Counted from the stretch's first letter, positions 1 through 8,979 are shown. The stretch: 64,000 nt of DNA from an uncultured Bacilli bacterium (GCA_934168005.1 CAKPMN010000002.1:13876-77875); one strand, 5' to 3'. A program made the numbers and translations. The notes: a model not told the origin generated them from the sequence alone.

Positions 1-144
1 ATGTTCTACAGGATTGTATTGATGAGTAAATTCAAACTCTTTTATTAATACATCTAGTTGAGTCTCTAATGTTTTAAGAGCAAATTCATATTTCAACATC
101 AATTCTTGAATTTGACTTTTATTATCAATATCGCTAAAACTCAT
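1..144 (-). CDS. Partial CDS (N-terminus only, runs off window): small alarmone synthetase (RelQ/YjbM-like GTP pyrophosphokinase), tentative
   Basis: Minus-strand ATG at 144 with AGGAG RBS upstream. Translation MSFSDIDNKSQIQELMLKYEFALKTLETQLDVLIKEFEFTHQYNPVEH resembles RelQ N-terminal helix and the H-x-P-I/V-E motif. Confidence 0.4.
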   Translation of the reverse strand, partial: MSFSDIDNKSQIQELMLKYEFALKTLETQLDVLIKEFEFTHQYNPVEH

Positions 145-231
145 AAATCTCCTTTCTAGAAAATAAAGAAATCCTTAAAAAAGGATTTTAATACAACATA
201 ATACTGGATAAACATTATAACACGAAAAAAT

Positions 232-1158
232 TTAAATATCAAGTTGTTCATATTTTACTAAAACTTTATTTCTGCCAGACTCTTTAGCAATATATAATTG
301 CTCATCTGCTAATTGAATTGTTTTGTCAACCACATTGTCAATACCATTCTCTTTTACCAATTGTTGCAAGCAAGCATTGTTTACATGAACAACGCCGAAG
401 CTACAAGATAAGTCAATGAATTTATCCTTATATCTAAAGGGAATAACAGCAAGTCTTTTTCTTAAATTTTCAACTCTGTTAAATACACATTTTTGCTTCA
501 TATTTTTTAATATAAATAAGAATTCTTCTCCACCAAAACGTCCTATAATATCATTTTCTCTACCAAACCCATGACGAGAATTTCTTAGAAATAATTGCGC
601 TATATAATAAAGAGCAGCATCACCTGCTTGATGTCCATAAGAGTCATTAACTTTTTTAAAATGATCAATATCACTCATTACAACAGCGAAATCTTCCTCA
701 GTATCAATAGCACTAGCTAAATATATTTTATAATCTTCTAAAAGCTTACGTTTTAAAAATACACCTGTTGTCTCGTCTATTTGATATGCTAATTCTTTCT
801 TTTTATACTCAGTAATATCTGTAAATCTTAATATTGTATAAGTATGCTCATTTTCTGAATGTCTTATTTGACTAATTTTATAGTATCTTTTTGTTTGTGG
901 GTGATAATATTCATCATTAGTAACTGTAAGACAATTTCTCATATAACTAATAATGCCATTATCTTCTGGAAATATAATGTTTCCACTTTCGTCATAAACT
1001 ATGACTAATGTATCAGGAAAACATTCCAAAAAAGTCCTTAATTCCATATAATCCCCCTCTTTTTCAGCTAAATTTGTATTAATGTACAACGTTTTAAAAA
1101 TTTTGTCAACTTTACTAATCAAATATAACAAAAATGCATACATAGATATTATATTCAA
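232..1158 (-). CDS. GGDEF-domain diguanylate cyclase with N-terminal sensor-like region
   Basis: RFGGEEF active-site motif and surrounding GGDEF-domain context (HQAGDAAL, DIIGRFGGEEFLFIL). Confidence 0.8.
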   Translation of the reverse strand: MNIISMYAFLLYLISKVDKIFKTLYINTNLAEKEGDYMELRTFLECFPDTLVIVYDESGNIIFPEDNGIISYMRNCLTVTNDEYYHPQTKRYYKISQIRHSENEHTYTILRFTDITEYKKKELAYQIDETTGVFLKRKLLEDYKIYLASAIDTEEDFAVVMSDIDHFKKVNDSYGHQAGDAALYYIAQLFLRNSRHGFGRENDIIGRFGGEEFLFILKNMKQKCVFNRVENLRKRLAVIPFRYKDKFIDLSCSFGVVHVNNACLQQLVKENGIDNVVDKTIQLADEQLYIAKESGRNKVLVKYEQLDI

Positions 1159-1162
1159 AAAA

Positions 1163-1196
1163 AACTAATCTATTACAAGATTAGTTAATATATCAT
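1163..1196 (-). terminator. Rho-independent terminator hairpin (9-bp stem AACTAATCT/AGATTAGTT, T-run on minus strand); copy A of a duplicated 34-bp element
   Basis: Inverted repeat plus poly-A on plus strand (poly-T on minus). Near-identical copy at 3588-3621. Confidence 0.55.
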
Positions 1197-1214
1197 GAAA
1201 AAGCTCTAAATAAT

Positions 1215-3524
1215 TCAACTAAATATATCATCTATTTTATCCCACTCACTATTGCTTATTTCAAAAAAATATTCTTTCCCATAAGTATTAGCTTGCCAAT
1301 CATAGTATTCATTATCAATATAAGATTTAATAGAATCTTCAATATTAACGTTGCTTAGAATGTAATCTTCATCTATTTGTTTATTATTTAAATTAAATGG
1401 TAAAGCATCAGTAATGCGCTTAATTCTAACTCTGATTTTCTGTCTGATATCATCTCTTATATCATTGTAATATTTATTTATATATAATCTTTCTAAATCT
1501 TCTAGTTTTCCACTTGCAGGCATTCTTATGTCATAATTTATAGCAGATATTTCTGAAGTTACAAATTCCTGAATGTCATCATTAATGTTATCTAAAACAA
1601 AATTTTGTATAGCGTCTATAAATTGTTCATTAATAATATTATTTTCAGTATTAGTTAATTTTTGCGACTTTACCCATTTAGAGAATATTAATATATTGTC
1701 GTAAGAAAAATTATATAATGTATGTCTTAAATCTTTAAAGATTATCTCATTCAGTTCATAAAAATCGACATATCCTTTTTCTATTAATTCTATAAATAAA
1801 TCATCTTTTCCATAGTGATAATCACAACATAATTGTTCAAATGCTTTTTGAACAAATGATTTGATTTTTAAATCTTTAATTTGATATTCCAATATTATTT
1901 CAAAATAACGACATGAAGTAGACTTATCTACAGACTCTAAATTATTAATATGATTGTTATAAATTAATTCACAAATTATATCCTTATTTTGTTTAAATTT
2001 AATCAGTTGTTCAATATATTTAGCATTATTAATAATTACAAATTGTTCATTTAAATTAGCTGATATTTTTTTCTTCAAAAAATCATTAACAGATGGATTT
2101 ATAACAGAAACATATCTTTTTCGTCTATCAATTATTATCTTTATTAAAGAGTTATTTAATCTATTAATTACTTCATTGAAAATATTTAAAGTTGTATCCT
2201 TTGTATTAGATAGTATTCTTTTATTAAAAGCCTTTTCTAAAATTTCTATTTTGATTTTATCATTTGTGAGTGAATAAAGTGTATTCATTAAGATTCTATC
2301 ATCTTCACTAAGTCTATTTCTAAACTCGTCTTCCCATACACTATCAGGATTATCTAGTTTTGAAATAATATATTCTACATATTCATTTTTTAAAACTTTA
2401 CTATAGTTTTTTTCTTTAGTAACAAATTCTATAATTCTGGGATTATAGTTTTTATGTTTGACTATTGAAAGATAGTTTTTATTTTTTTTAACATCTAATA
2501 AATATTCTATAGGTATTTCATTAAAATAAAGATGATTATATAGTATCTGTGCTTTTTCTAAAAAAGACATTTTATCTAAGTCTATAAGATAATTATCTTT
2601 TTCATACTTATCAAATAAGTTTGCAAAATCTAGTGAAGAAGAATAAGCTTCATTAATTATAGTAATTCTACTATTCATAATTATCTTTTTATTGGGATTT
2701 TTTTCAATGAATGAAATTAAGGCTTTTAACTCATTAGGCTGTTTTTCACTTAATTTTAAATAATGCTGTCCTAAAAAATCATCCAGTAAAACTATCTCTT
2801 TTTTAGCAGGATCACGACTCAATATATTTTTAATATCTTTTATATTATTATCAGTAACATATCTAACAGTATAATTATTACTAGCAAAAAATAACAGTAA
2901 CATTTTAGAAATAGTACTTTTACCAACACCAGGTGCTCCTATAATAATTATAATGTTTTTATCTATTAACTTTTTTCTACATTCAAAATACGAATTTGTG
3001 GTAACAAATAACTTTGTATACTTTTCTATTTCACCTAATATTTCATTGCAATCAACAAAAATACTTTGATTTTGAATCATAGATAAAACATTAGTAGAAC
3101 ATAACCACAATTTATAGTTTTTTTCCAATATATCCTTATTGTTAGTATTAGATAAAAAATCATCAATATCAGTTTTATCAATTATGTAAGACATATCTTT
3201 CATATAGTTTGAAAATAATGAAAAAATCTCTTTTTTTTGCTTAGGAGTTAATTCTATACTACAACAAATATAATAGTTTTCTGGATTTATTTTTTCAATT
3301 TTTACTAGCTCAGATTTTAATGATGATTTTAAATTAGTGAAGTTGCTTTTAACATAATGCTTAACCTGTATAATATGATGAGGCGGAACTTTACTATCAC
3401 ATAAGTCTATTCCACCATCACGTCCCTTTGTAAAACGATGCAATTTCAAAGACAATTTAGCTTCCATTATATCTTTGCATAGAATTTCAAATTCATAATC
3501 ATTCAAATTTGCTAGGCTATACAT
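1215..3524 (-). CDS. Mrr-like restriction-endonuclease-fold domain fused to P-loop NTPase (STAND/AAA-like) with alpha-helical C-terminal region; candidate single-protein defence factor
   Basis: N-terminal FEILCKDIMEAKL...GRDGGIDL...IIQVKHY matches the Mrr_cat D-(E/Q)xK pattern. Walker A GAPGVGKST and Walker B IVLLDDFLG. Long K/N/E-rich helical tail. Confidence 0.6.
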   Translation of the reverse strand: MYSLANLNDYEFEILCKDIMEAKLSLKLHRFTKGRDGGIDLCDSKVPPHHIIQVKHYVKSNFTNLKSSLKSELVKIEKINPENYYICCSIELTPKQKKEIFSLFSNYMKDMSYIIDKTDIDDFLSNTNNKDILEKNYKLWLCSTNVLSMIQNQSIFVDCNEILGEIEKYTKLFVTTNSYFECRKKLIDKNIIIIIGAPGVGKSTISKMLLLFFASNNYTVRYVTDNNIKDIKNILSRDPAKKEIVLLDDFLGQHYLKLSEKQPNELKALISFIEKNPNKKIIMNSRITIINEAYSSSLDFANLFDKYEKDNYLIDLDKMSFLEKAQILYNHLYFNEIPIEYLLDVKKNKNYLSIVKHKNYNPRIIEFVTKEKNYSKVLKNEYVEYIISKLDNPDSVWEDEFRNRLSEDDRILMNTLYSLTNDKIKIEILEKAFNKRILSNTKDTTLNIFNEVINRLNNSLIKIIIDRRKRYVSVINPSVNDFLKKKISANLNEQFVIINNAKYIEQLIKFKQNKDIICELIYNNHINNLESVDKSTSCRYFEIILEYQIKDLKIKSFVQKAFEQLCCDYHYGKDDLFIELIEKGYVDFYELNEIIFKDLRHTLYNFSYDNILIFSKWVKSQKLTNTENNIINEQFIDAIQNFVLDNINDDIQEFVTSEISAINYDIRMPASGKLEDLERLYINKYYNDIRDDIRQKIRVRIKRITDALPFNLNNKQIDEDYILSNVNIEDSIKSYIDNEYYDWQANTYGKEYFFEISNSEWDKIDDIFS

Positions 3525-3587
3525 ATATGCCTCCTATATTCATACTAATATTTGTTTGTCTAATACAATTATAAATCTTTTTTTACA

Positions 3588-3621
3588 AAAAAACTAATCT
3601 ATTATAAGATTAGTTAATACT
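3588..3621 (-). terminator. Rho-independent terminator hairpin downstream of tRNA-His (minus strand); copy B of the duplicated 34-bp element
   Basis: Same stem AACTAATCT-loop-AGATTAGTT with a single loop substitution (c/t). Followed by T-run on minus strand. Confidence 0.6.
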
Positions 3622-3626
3622 CAATA

Positions 3627-3703
3627 TGGGGCGCTCTGTGGGGATCGAACCCACGCATGCCTGAGTCACAGTCAGGTGTGTTAACCGCTTCACCAAGAAC
3701 GCC
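3627..3703 (-). tRNA. tRNA-His (anticodon GTG)
   Basis: Reverse complement gives a cloverleaf: acceptor GGCGTTC.../...GCGCC-CCA, anticodon loop CTGTGAC, T-loop GGTTCGATCC. Confidence 0.8.
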
Positions 3704-3787
3704 ATTTCAAATACATACATATTTTAACAAGATATTTAAGATTTTGCAACCTTTTTTTTAAATATATATAAATTAAGTAAATTGCCT

Positions 3788-3817
3788 ATACGCAAATTTA
3801 CTATAAACCATATGATA
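3788..3817 (+). promoter_or_regulatory. Possible sigma-K-type sporulation promoter upstream of cotJB (AC ... CATATGATA)
   Basis: CATA-N3-TA -10-like element at 3809-3817 with AC about 17 bp upstream, ahead of the cotJB RBS GAGGAGG. Confidence 0.25.
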
Positions 3818-3836
3818 ATCTGAGGAGGAAAAAAGT

Positions 3837-4280
3837 ATGTATCAATACCCAAATGCAAATATAATAGATTATTATAATTATACAAACAATAATTATAATA
3901 AACCAAATTATTCAGAAGATGCAAATGCATCAAAATTATATGATCCATATCAAGGATTTATACGAGGAAATATGTTTCCAAATTTATATAATGGATATAA
4001 AATAAGTAATCCAATAAATATAGAACCAAAATCAGAAAAAGAGGAAATGTTAATATATTTAGACTATTTAGCTTTTGCTGCTCATGATATTAATCTATAT
4101 CTAGATTTATATCCAAAAGATAAAGATATGTTAGAAGCTTTCTCTATGTATAGAATAGAAGCAGATAAGGTAAGAAAACAATATGAAAAAAAATATGGTC
4201 CATTAGAGGTAAATAGTGAAGCAAATACTGTTTATCCTTGGGCATGGGATAATAAACCATGGCCTTGGGAAAAGATATAG
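3837..4280 (+). CDS. cotJB: Spore coat protein CotJB
   Basis: CotJB-like core (LAFAAHDINLYLDLYP, YPWAWD). Overlaps and precedes the cotJC-like gene. N/Y-rich N-terminal extension. Confidence 0.75.
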   Translation: MYQYPNANIIDYYNYTNNNYNKPNYSEDANASKLYDPYQGFIRGNMFPNLYNGYKISNPINIEPKSEKEEMLIYLDYLAFAAHDINLYLDLYPKDKDMLEAFSMYRIEADKVRKQYEKKYGPLEVNSEANTVYPWAWDNKPWPWEKI

Positions 4281-4861
4281 GAGGTTATAATATGTGGAGT
4301 TATCAAAAAAGATTACAATACCCTGTAAATGTAAAGAATAAAGATTTAACTATGGCAAATGCTTTACTTGCTCAATATGGAGGACCTGATAGTGAACTTG
4401 GAGCATGTCTTAGGTACTTAAATCAGAGATATACAATGCCGGATGATAAAGGTAAAAGTTTATTAACAGATATAGCAACAGAAGAAATTGCTCATTTAGA
4501 AATGATTGGAAGTTTAATATACCAACTAATGCAAGGAGCAACTATAGAAGAATTAAAAAGCTTAAATATGAGTGGAACATTTGCAATGCACGATGGAGCA
4601 CTATTTTTAAGTGATCCTAATGGAGTTCCATTTACCACATCTTATATAGAAGCAACAGGAGATTTTATTGCTGATATAGAAAGTGATATGGCTGCAGAGC
4701 AAAGAGCTAGAGCAACTTATGAACACCTAATGGATATGACAAATGATGAAACAGTATTAGGGCCACTATCATTTTTAAGACAAAGAGAAATAGTGCATTA
4801 TCAAAGATTTAAAGAATTAAGAGATTATTATTTAGAAAGTAAGATCCAAAATACTAATTAA
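4259..4861 (+). CDS. cotJC: Spore coat protein CotJC (manganese catalase family)
   Basis: MWSYQKRLQYPVNVKNKD..AQYGGPDSELGACLRYLNQRYTMP..EIAHLEMIG, typical CotJC/Mn-catalase fold motifs. Confidence 0.85.
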   Translation: MALGKDIGGYNMWSYQKRLQYPVNVKNKDLTMANALLAQYGGPDSELGACLRYLNQRYTMPDDKGKSLLTDIATEEIAHLEMIGSLIYQLMQGATIEELKSLNMSGTFAMHDGALFLSDPNGVPFTTSYIEATGDFIADIESDMAAEQRARATYEHLMDMTNDETVLGPLSFLRQREIVHYQRFKELRDYYLESKIQNTN

Positions 4862-4928
4862 AATAATTCACGCAAGGTATTTGTGTAATTAAAAAAAAAT
4901 GATATAATGAACATGTAGGAGGATTTAT

Positions 4929-5468
4929 ATGGAATTAAAAGGTAGTAAAACAGAAAAAAACTTAATAACAGCATTTGCTGGAGAATCTCAAGCAAGAAAC
5001 AAATATACATATTATGCTAGTAAAGCAAAAAAAGAAGGTTTTGAACAAATAGCTGCAATATTTGAAGAAACAGCAGGAAACGAAAAAGAACATGCAAAAA
5101 TATGGTTTAAATTATTACATGAAGGTACAATTCCTTCAACAGAAGAAAACCTTCTAGATGCTGCAAACGGTGAAAACTATGAATGGACTGATATGTATGC
5201 AGCTTTTGCAGAAGAAGCAAAAGAAGAAGGTTTCGATGAAATAGCAAGACTATTTGAAGGTGTTGGAAAGATAGAAAAAGCTCACGAAGAGCGTTATAGA
5301 AAGTTATTAGAAAATTTAAAAGCAAAAACAGTCTTTAAAACAGAAGAAGAAACAGTATGGATTTGTAGAAATTGCGGACACATTCACTATGGTACAGAAG
5401 CACCAGAAGTATGTCCAATTTGTGCACACCCACAAAGTTATTTTGAAAGAAAAAGTACAAATTATTAA
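4929..5468 (+). CDS. rbr: Rubrerythrin (ferritin-like diiron domain plus C-terminal rubredoxin CxxC...CxxC)
   Basis: [18 protein letters not shown], and C-terminal CRNCGH...CPICAH. Confidence 0.9.
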   Translation: MELKGSKTEKNLITAFAGESQARNKYTYYASKAKKEGFEQIAAIFEETAGNEKEHAKIWFKLLHEGTIPSTEENLLDAANGENYEWTDMYAAFAEEAKEEGFDEIARLFEGVGKIEKAHEERYRKLLENLKAKTVFKTEEETVWICRNCGHIHYGTEAPEVCPICAHPQSYFERKSTNY

Positions 5469-5518
5469 GAAAGATAAAATCTTTCTTTTTTTTATAGTAT
5501 AATGAACTTGGTGATAAT

Positions 5519-6106
5519 ATGAAACCATATATGTATGCTTTAAAAAATGCATTGCTATTGGTCCCAATAGTTTCATTAATATTTTTAATAATATACATTA
5601 AACAAGATAAAACAAAGATAAATCATAAGAAAATGATAAGCTTGTATTTCTTTATATTATATATAATTGTTATGTATTTTTTAGTAATATTTCCCCTACC
5701 ACCAATTAGTGAAGTAAAAAATTATACATCAAATTATGTTCAACTAGAGCCACTTTATACAATAAGATATCTAAAAGAAAATATGAGTTTTAACGTTTTT
5801 AATATTGATTCATACATACGCCTCATTAAAAATGCCTATTTTTACCAATTTATATATAATATCTTAATAACAGTTCCATTTGGAATGTATTTAAAAAAAT
5901 ACTTTAGATTGAACCTATTTAAAACAATATTATCTACATTTATATTAAGTTTATTTTTTGAACTAACACAGTTATCTGGTTTATATGGGGTATATCTAAG
6001 ACCATATAGAATATTTGATGTAGATGACTTAATAACAAATACGCTTGGAGGAATAATAGGATATTTTATAAGTGATATAATAAATAAAACAAGAAAGAAG
6101 TTTTGA
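5519..6106 (+). CDS. VanZ-like family membrane protein
   Basis: Multi-TM protein with VanZ C-terminal motif FDVDDLITNTLGGIIGYF. Confidence 0.65.
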   Translation: MKPYMYALKNALLLVPIVSLIFLIIYIKQDKTKINHKKMISLYFFILYIIVMYFLVIFPLPPISEVKNYTSNYVQLEPLYTIRYLKENMSFNVFNIDSYIRLIKNAYFYQFIYNILITVPFGMYLKKYFRLNLFKTILSTFILSLFFELTQLSGLYGVYLRPYRIFDVDDLITNTLGGIIGYFISDIINKTRKKF

Positions 6107-6124
6107 ACATAATGTTCAAAACTT
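6099..6124. terminator. 26-bp perfect palindrome AAGTTTTGAACAT/AATGTTCAAAACTT overlapping the VanZ-like stop codon; terminator and/or operator
   Basis: Perfect inverted repeat followed by T-rich tract. TGTTCAAAA/TTTTGAACA motif recurs at about 6186, 6235 and 6168 in the same intergenic region. Confidence 0.4.
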
Positions 6125-6289
6125 TTATTAAATAGCTATAAAAAAGAACAAAAAAGTGTTATAAATAGTTCAAAAAATGTTTAAATGTTCAAAAATAATA
6201 GAAAATTAGTAAAAAATAATAGAATAAATTGTATTTTTGAACATTTGATATTCAAAAATAACCAGTGTAAAATCTAAATTGGTGAAGTT

Positions 6290-7945
6290 ATGAACAATAT
6301 TAGGTATATATCATTAAAAGAGTTAGATAATCAGATTAATAATTTAAAAATAGATAGTAAAAATCCGATAAGAATATTGATAAACAAATATAAAGTAGTA
6401 AAAAAACAAAGAGAAAGAATCTTAAATAATAAAAAATATATAGAACAAAAAGTAATGGAAAATAAAGCGTTATTAGAAAATATAAAAGGTTGTAGATTAG
6501 ATAAAGAACAAACAAAAGCAATAATAATAGAAGAAGATAGTTGTCTTATAATAGCTGGAGCAGGTTCTGGAAAAACTCTAACTATGCTTGGGAAAATAAA
6601 ATATTTAATAGAAGTAAAAAAAATAGATCCATCAAAAATATTATGTTTATCATTTACTAATGCTATAACTGAGGATTTAAAAGAAGCAATAAGAGAAGAA
6701 ATAAATGTAGAAATGAATGTGTTAACTTTTCATAAACTTGGTTTAAAAGTATTAAAAGAAAACAATGTGAATGTAAAAATAATAGAAGAAAAAGAACTAA
6801 TAAATATAACAGAAAACCATGTAAAAAAATTGAATAAAAATGAAGTATCAAAATATTTTAAAACAGAATTGGATCTAGAAAAACTTATATTAACTTTTAT
6901 AAATTTGTATAAATCTGGAGAATACAAAGACTTAAAAGAAATAAGCAACAAAATAGAAACTGAAAAAAATAGATTTATTAAAAAAAGAAATAAGTATGTA
7001 TTTAAAATAATAACAGATATATACAATATATATCAAAAAAAATTAGAAATGGAAGAAAAAATTGATTTTAATGACATGATAAATGAAGCATCATCACTAA
7101 TAGAAGAAGGATATAATTACCCTAAATATGATTACATAATAGTAGATGAATATCAAGATACATCATATATTAGATATAAGTTATTAAATTTAATAAAAGA
7201 AAAAAACAACTGCCCTATCTTGGCTGTTGGAGATGATTGGCAATCAATATATAGATTTACAGGATGTAATATAGAAATGTTTATAAATTTCAAGAAATAT
7301 TTTAAATATAGTTATATTACCAAAATCCAAACAACATATAGAAATCCCCAAGAATTAATAGATATAGCAGGACTTTTTGTTATGAAAAATCCAAATCAAT
7401 ATAAGAAAAATTTAAAATCAAATAAGAGTTATAATAAACCAATAAAAGTATTTCTCTATGAGTCAGAAGAAGAAATAGATTATATACTAAAAGAAATACC
7501 AAAAGATAGAAAAAGAATCCTTTTATTAGGGAGAAATAATAACGATTTTAAAGATATCAACATAAAAGATAATAGAGTAGAAAAAATGACAGTTCATAAG
7601 TCGAAAGGATTACAATGTGATACGGCAATAATAATAAATCTAAAAAACAGTATAAATGGGTTTCCAAATCAAATGGTAGATGACATTATATTTAAATACC
7701 TATTAAAACAAGATATATATCCATTCGAAGAAGAAAGAAGATTATTCTACGTAGCATTAACAAGAACTAAAAATGAAGTATATCTTTTTTCTCCAAAAAA
7801 TAATCAATCTATTTTTGTAAAAGAACTAATTACATCATTTGAAAATAAAATAGAAATATTATCAAAAAATAATTATTGTCCTCTATGCAAAAATAGATAT
7901 ATTAATAATAAGTGTCCCATTTGTAAAAAGAAAAATATGTTATAA
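6290..7945 (+). CDS. Compact UvrD/Rep/PcrA-family SF1 helicase with C-terminal CxxC-N7-CxxC zinc ribbon
   Basis: Motif I AGAGSGKT, motif II IIVDEYQD, motif III VGDDWQSIYRFTG, motif V TVHKSKGLQCD, motif VI YVALTRTK. Terminal CPLCKNRYINNKCPICKK. Confidence 0.7.
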   Translation: MNNIRYISLKELDNQINNLKIDSKNPIRILINKYKVVKKQRERILNNKKYIEQKVMENKALLENIKGCRLDKEQTKAIIIEEDSCLIIAGAGSGKTLTMLGKIKYLIEVKKIDPSKILCLSFTNAITEDLKEAIREEINVEMNVLTFHKLGLKVLKENNVNVKIIEEKELINITENHVKKLNKNEVSKYFKTELDLEKLILTFINLYKSGEYKDLKEISNKIETEKNRFIKKRNKYVFKIITDIYNIYQKKLEMEEKIDFNDMINEASSLIEEGYNYPKYDYIIVDEYQDTSYIRYKLLNLIKEKNNCPILAVGDDWQSIYRFTGCNIEMFINFKKYFKYSYITKIQTTYRNPQELIDIAGLFVMKNPNQYKKNLKSNKSYNKPIKVFLYESEEEIDYILKEIPKDRKRILLLGRNNNDFKDINIKDNRVEKMTVHKSKGLQCDTAIIINLKNSINGFPNQMVDDIIFKYLLKQDIYPFEEERRLFYVALTRTKNEVYLFSPKNNQSIFVKELITSFENKIEILSKNNYCPLCKNRYINNKCPICKKKNML

Positions 7946-7961
7946 TATCAAAGGTGGTATT

Positions 7962-8228
7962 ATGAATTTAACAGATGAACAAATAAAAAAAATAGTAAAA
8001 GAAGAATATAATCAAAAACAAATGCATAAAATAAGAGAGAACGGATTATTCCTTTCAGATAATGAAATAGATTTATTGAAAAGATATGGTATAGATTATA
8101 AGAACTATTCAAATATTATGCAACTAATATATAAGATAGATGAGATAAATGAAGATGACGATGAAGAGCTAGATTCACTAGCATCATACTTGTCAGAACA
8201 ATACTACTATAATAATGTCAATAAATAG
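7962..8228 (+). CDS. Hypothetical small acidic protein, likely co-transcribed with the helicase (17-bp gap)
   Basis: ORF with upstream GGTGGT RBS. Asp/Glu-rich C-terminus. No recognisable motif. Confidence 0.4.
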   Translation: MNLTDEQIKKIVKEEYNQKQMHKIRENGLFLSDNEIDLLKRYGIDYKNYSNIMQLIYKIDEINEDDDEELDSLASYLSEQYYYNNVNK

Positions 8229-8301
8229 CGAAATTTGACTTTCAAAAAAGTATTTGATATGATATTGCCTGTCTGCTGTAAAAGTTGACAAGAGGTGAAA
8301 A

Positions 8302-8979
8302 ATGAAAATTCAACAAAAGCTGTATCAAAGATTAACGACAGTAGTAGTCTTATCAACAGCTATATTATGTGCTGTATTTGCATCATCACATAAAGATTAT
8401 ACTTATTCAATGCAAGACCTAAAAGAAGCATCGACAACAGAACAAGAAGACTTGCCCTCGTCGATAGAAATAGAAAAACAAATAAGAAATAAGGTTGAAA
8501 CATTAATATCAGATAGAAAAGCTCAAGATGAAGCCGAATATCAAGAATACCTAGCAAGTTTGACTGTATATGATGGACTTACAATGGATGAATTAGCCGA
8601 AAAGTTAGAAAAAAATTTAAATTCAACTTTAGATGGAACAGGAAGAATATTTGCAGAGCGATCTATAGAACTTGGATTAGACCCATATTTAGCCGTTTCA
8701 ATAGTCTTATTAGAAACAGGATGTAATTGGGAATGCAGTCAATTAGTAAAACAATGTTATAACGTTGGAGGTATAAAAGGCTCACCAGGATGTTTTGGAG
8801 GTTCTTACAAGAAATTTTCTTCACTAGAAGAAGGAATAACAAGTTATTTAAACATATTGTATAAAAATTATTATTCAAAAGGACTTACAACGCCAGAGTT
8901 AATGAACCCTAAATATGCTGAAAGTAAAACATGGGCTCAAAAAGTTAATAAGTATATAGAAAAAATAAAAGCAAGCTAA
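8302..8979 (+). CDS. Secreted mannosyl-glycoprotein endo-beta-N-acetylglucosaminidase-domain protein (glucosaminidase family peptidoglycan hydrolase)
   Basis: N-terminal signal/TM. Glucosaminidase-like core LDPYLAVSIVLLETGCNWECSQLVKQCYNVGGIKG. Confidence 0.65.
   Translation: MKIQQKLYQRLTTVVVLSTAILCAVFASSHKDYTYSMQDLKEASTTEQEDLPSSIEIEKQIRNKVETLISDRKAQDEAEYQEYLASLTVYDGLTMDELAEKLEKNLNSTLDGTGRIFAERSIELGLDPYLAVSIVLLETGCNWECSQLVKQCYNVGGIKGSPGCFGGSYKKFSSLEEGITSYLNILYKNYYSKGLTTPELMNPKYAESKTWAQKVNKYIEKIKAS

Noticed and set aside
3736-3948. 70-aa minus-strand ORF between tRNA-His and cotJB
   Set aside because: It overlaps the cotJB start and promoter. It has a low-complexity N/Y-rich translation derived from the antisense of the CotJB N-terminus, and no RBS.
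4880-4928. PerR-box-like AT-rich sequence upstream of rubrerythrin
   Set aside because: There is no clear 7-1-7 palindrome matching TTATAATNATTATAA. Only a generic promoter (TGATATAAT) is visible.
5107-6026. Several minus-strand ORFs (5107-5325, 5316-5576, 5335-5598) overlapping rubrerythrin and the VanZ-like gene
   Set aside because: They are antisense to well-supported genes, with low-complexity Leu/Phe-rich translations typical of AT-rich antisense frames.
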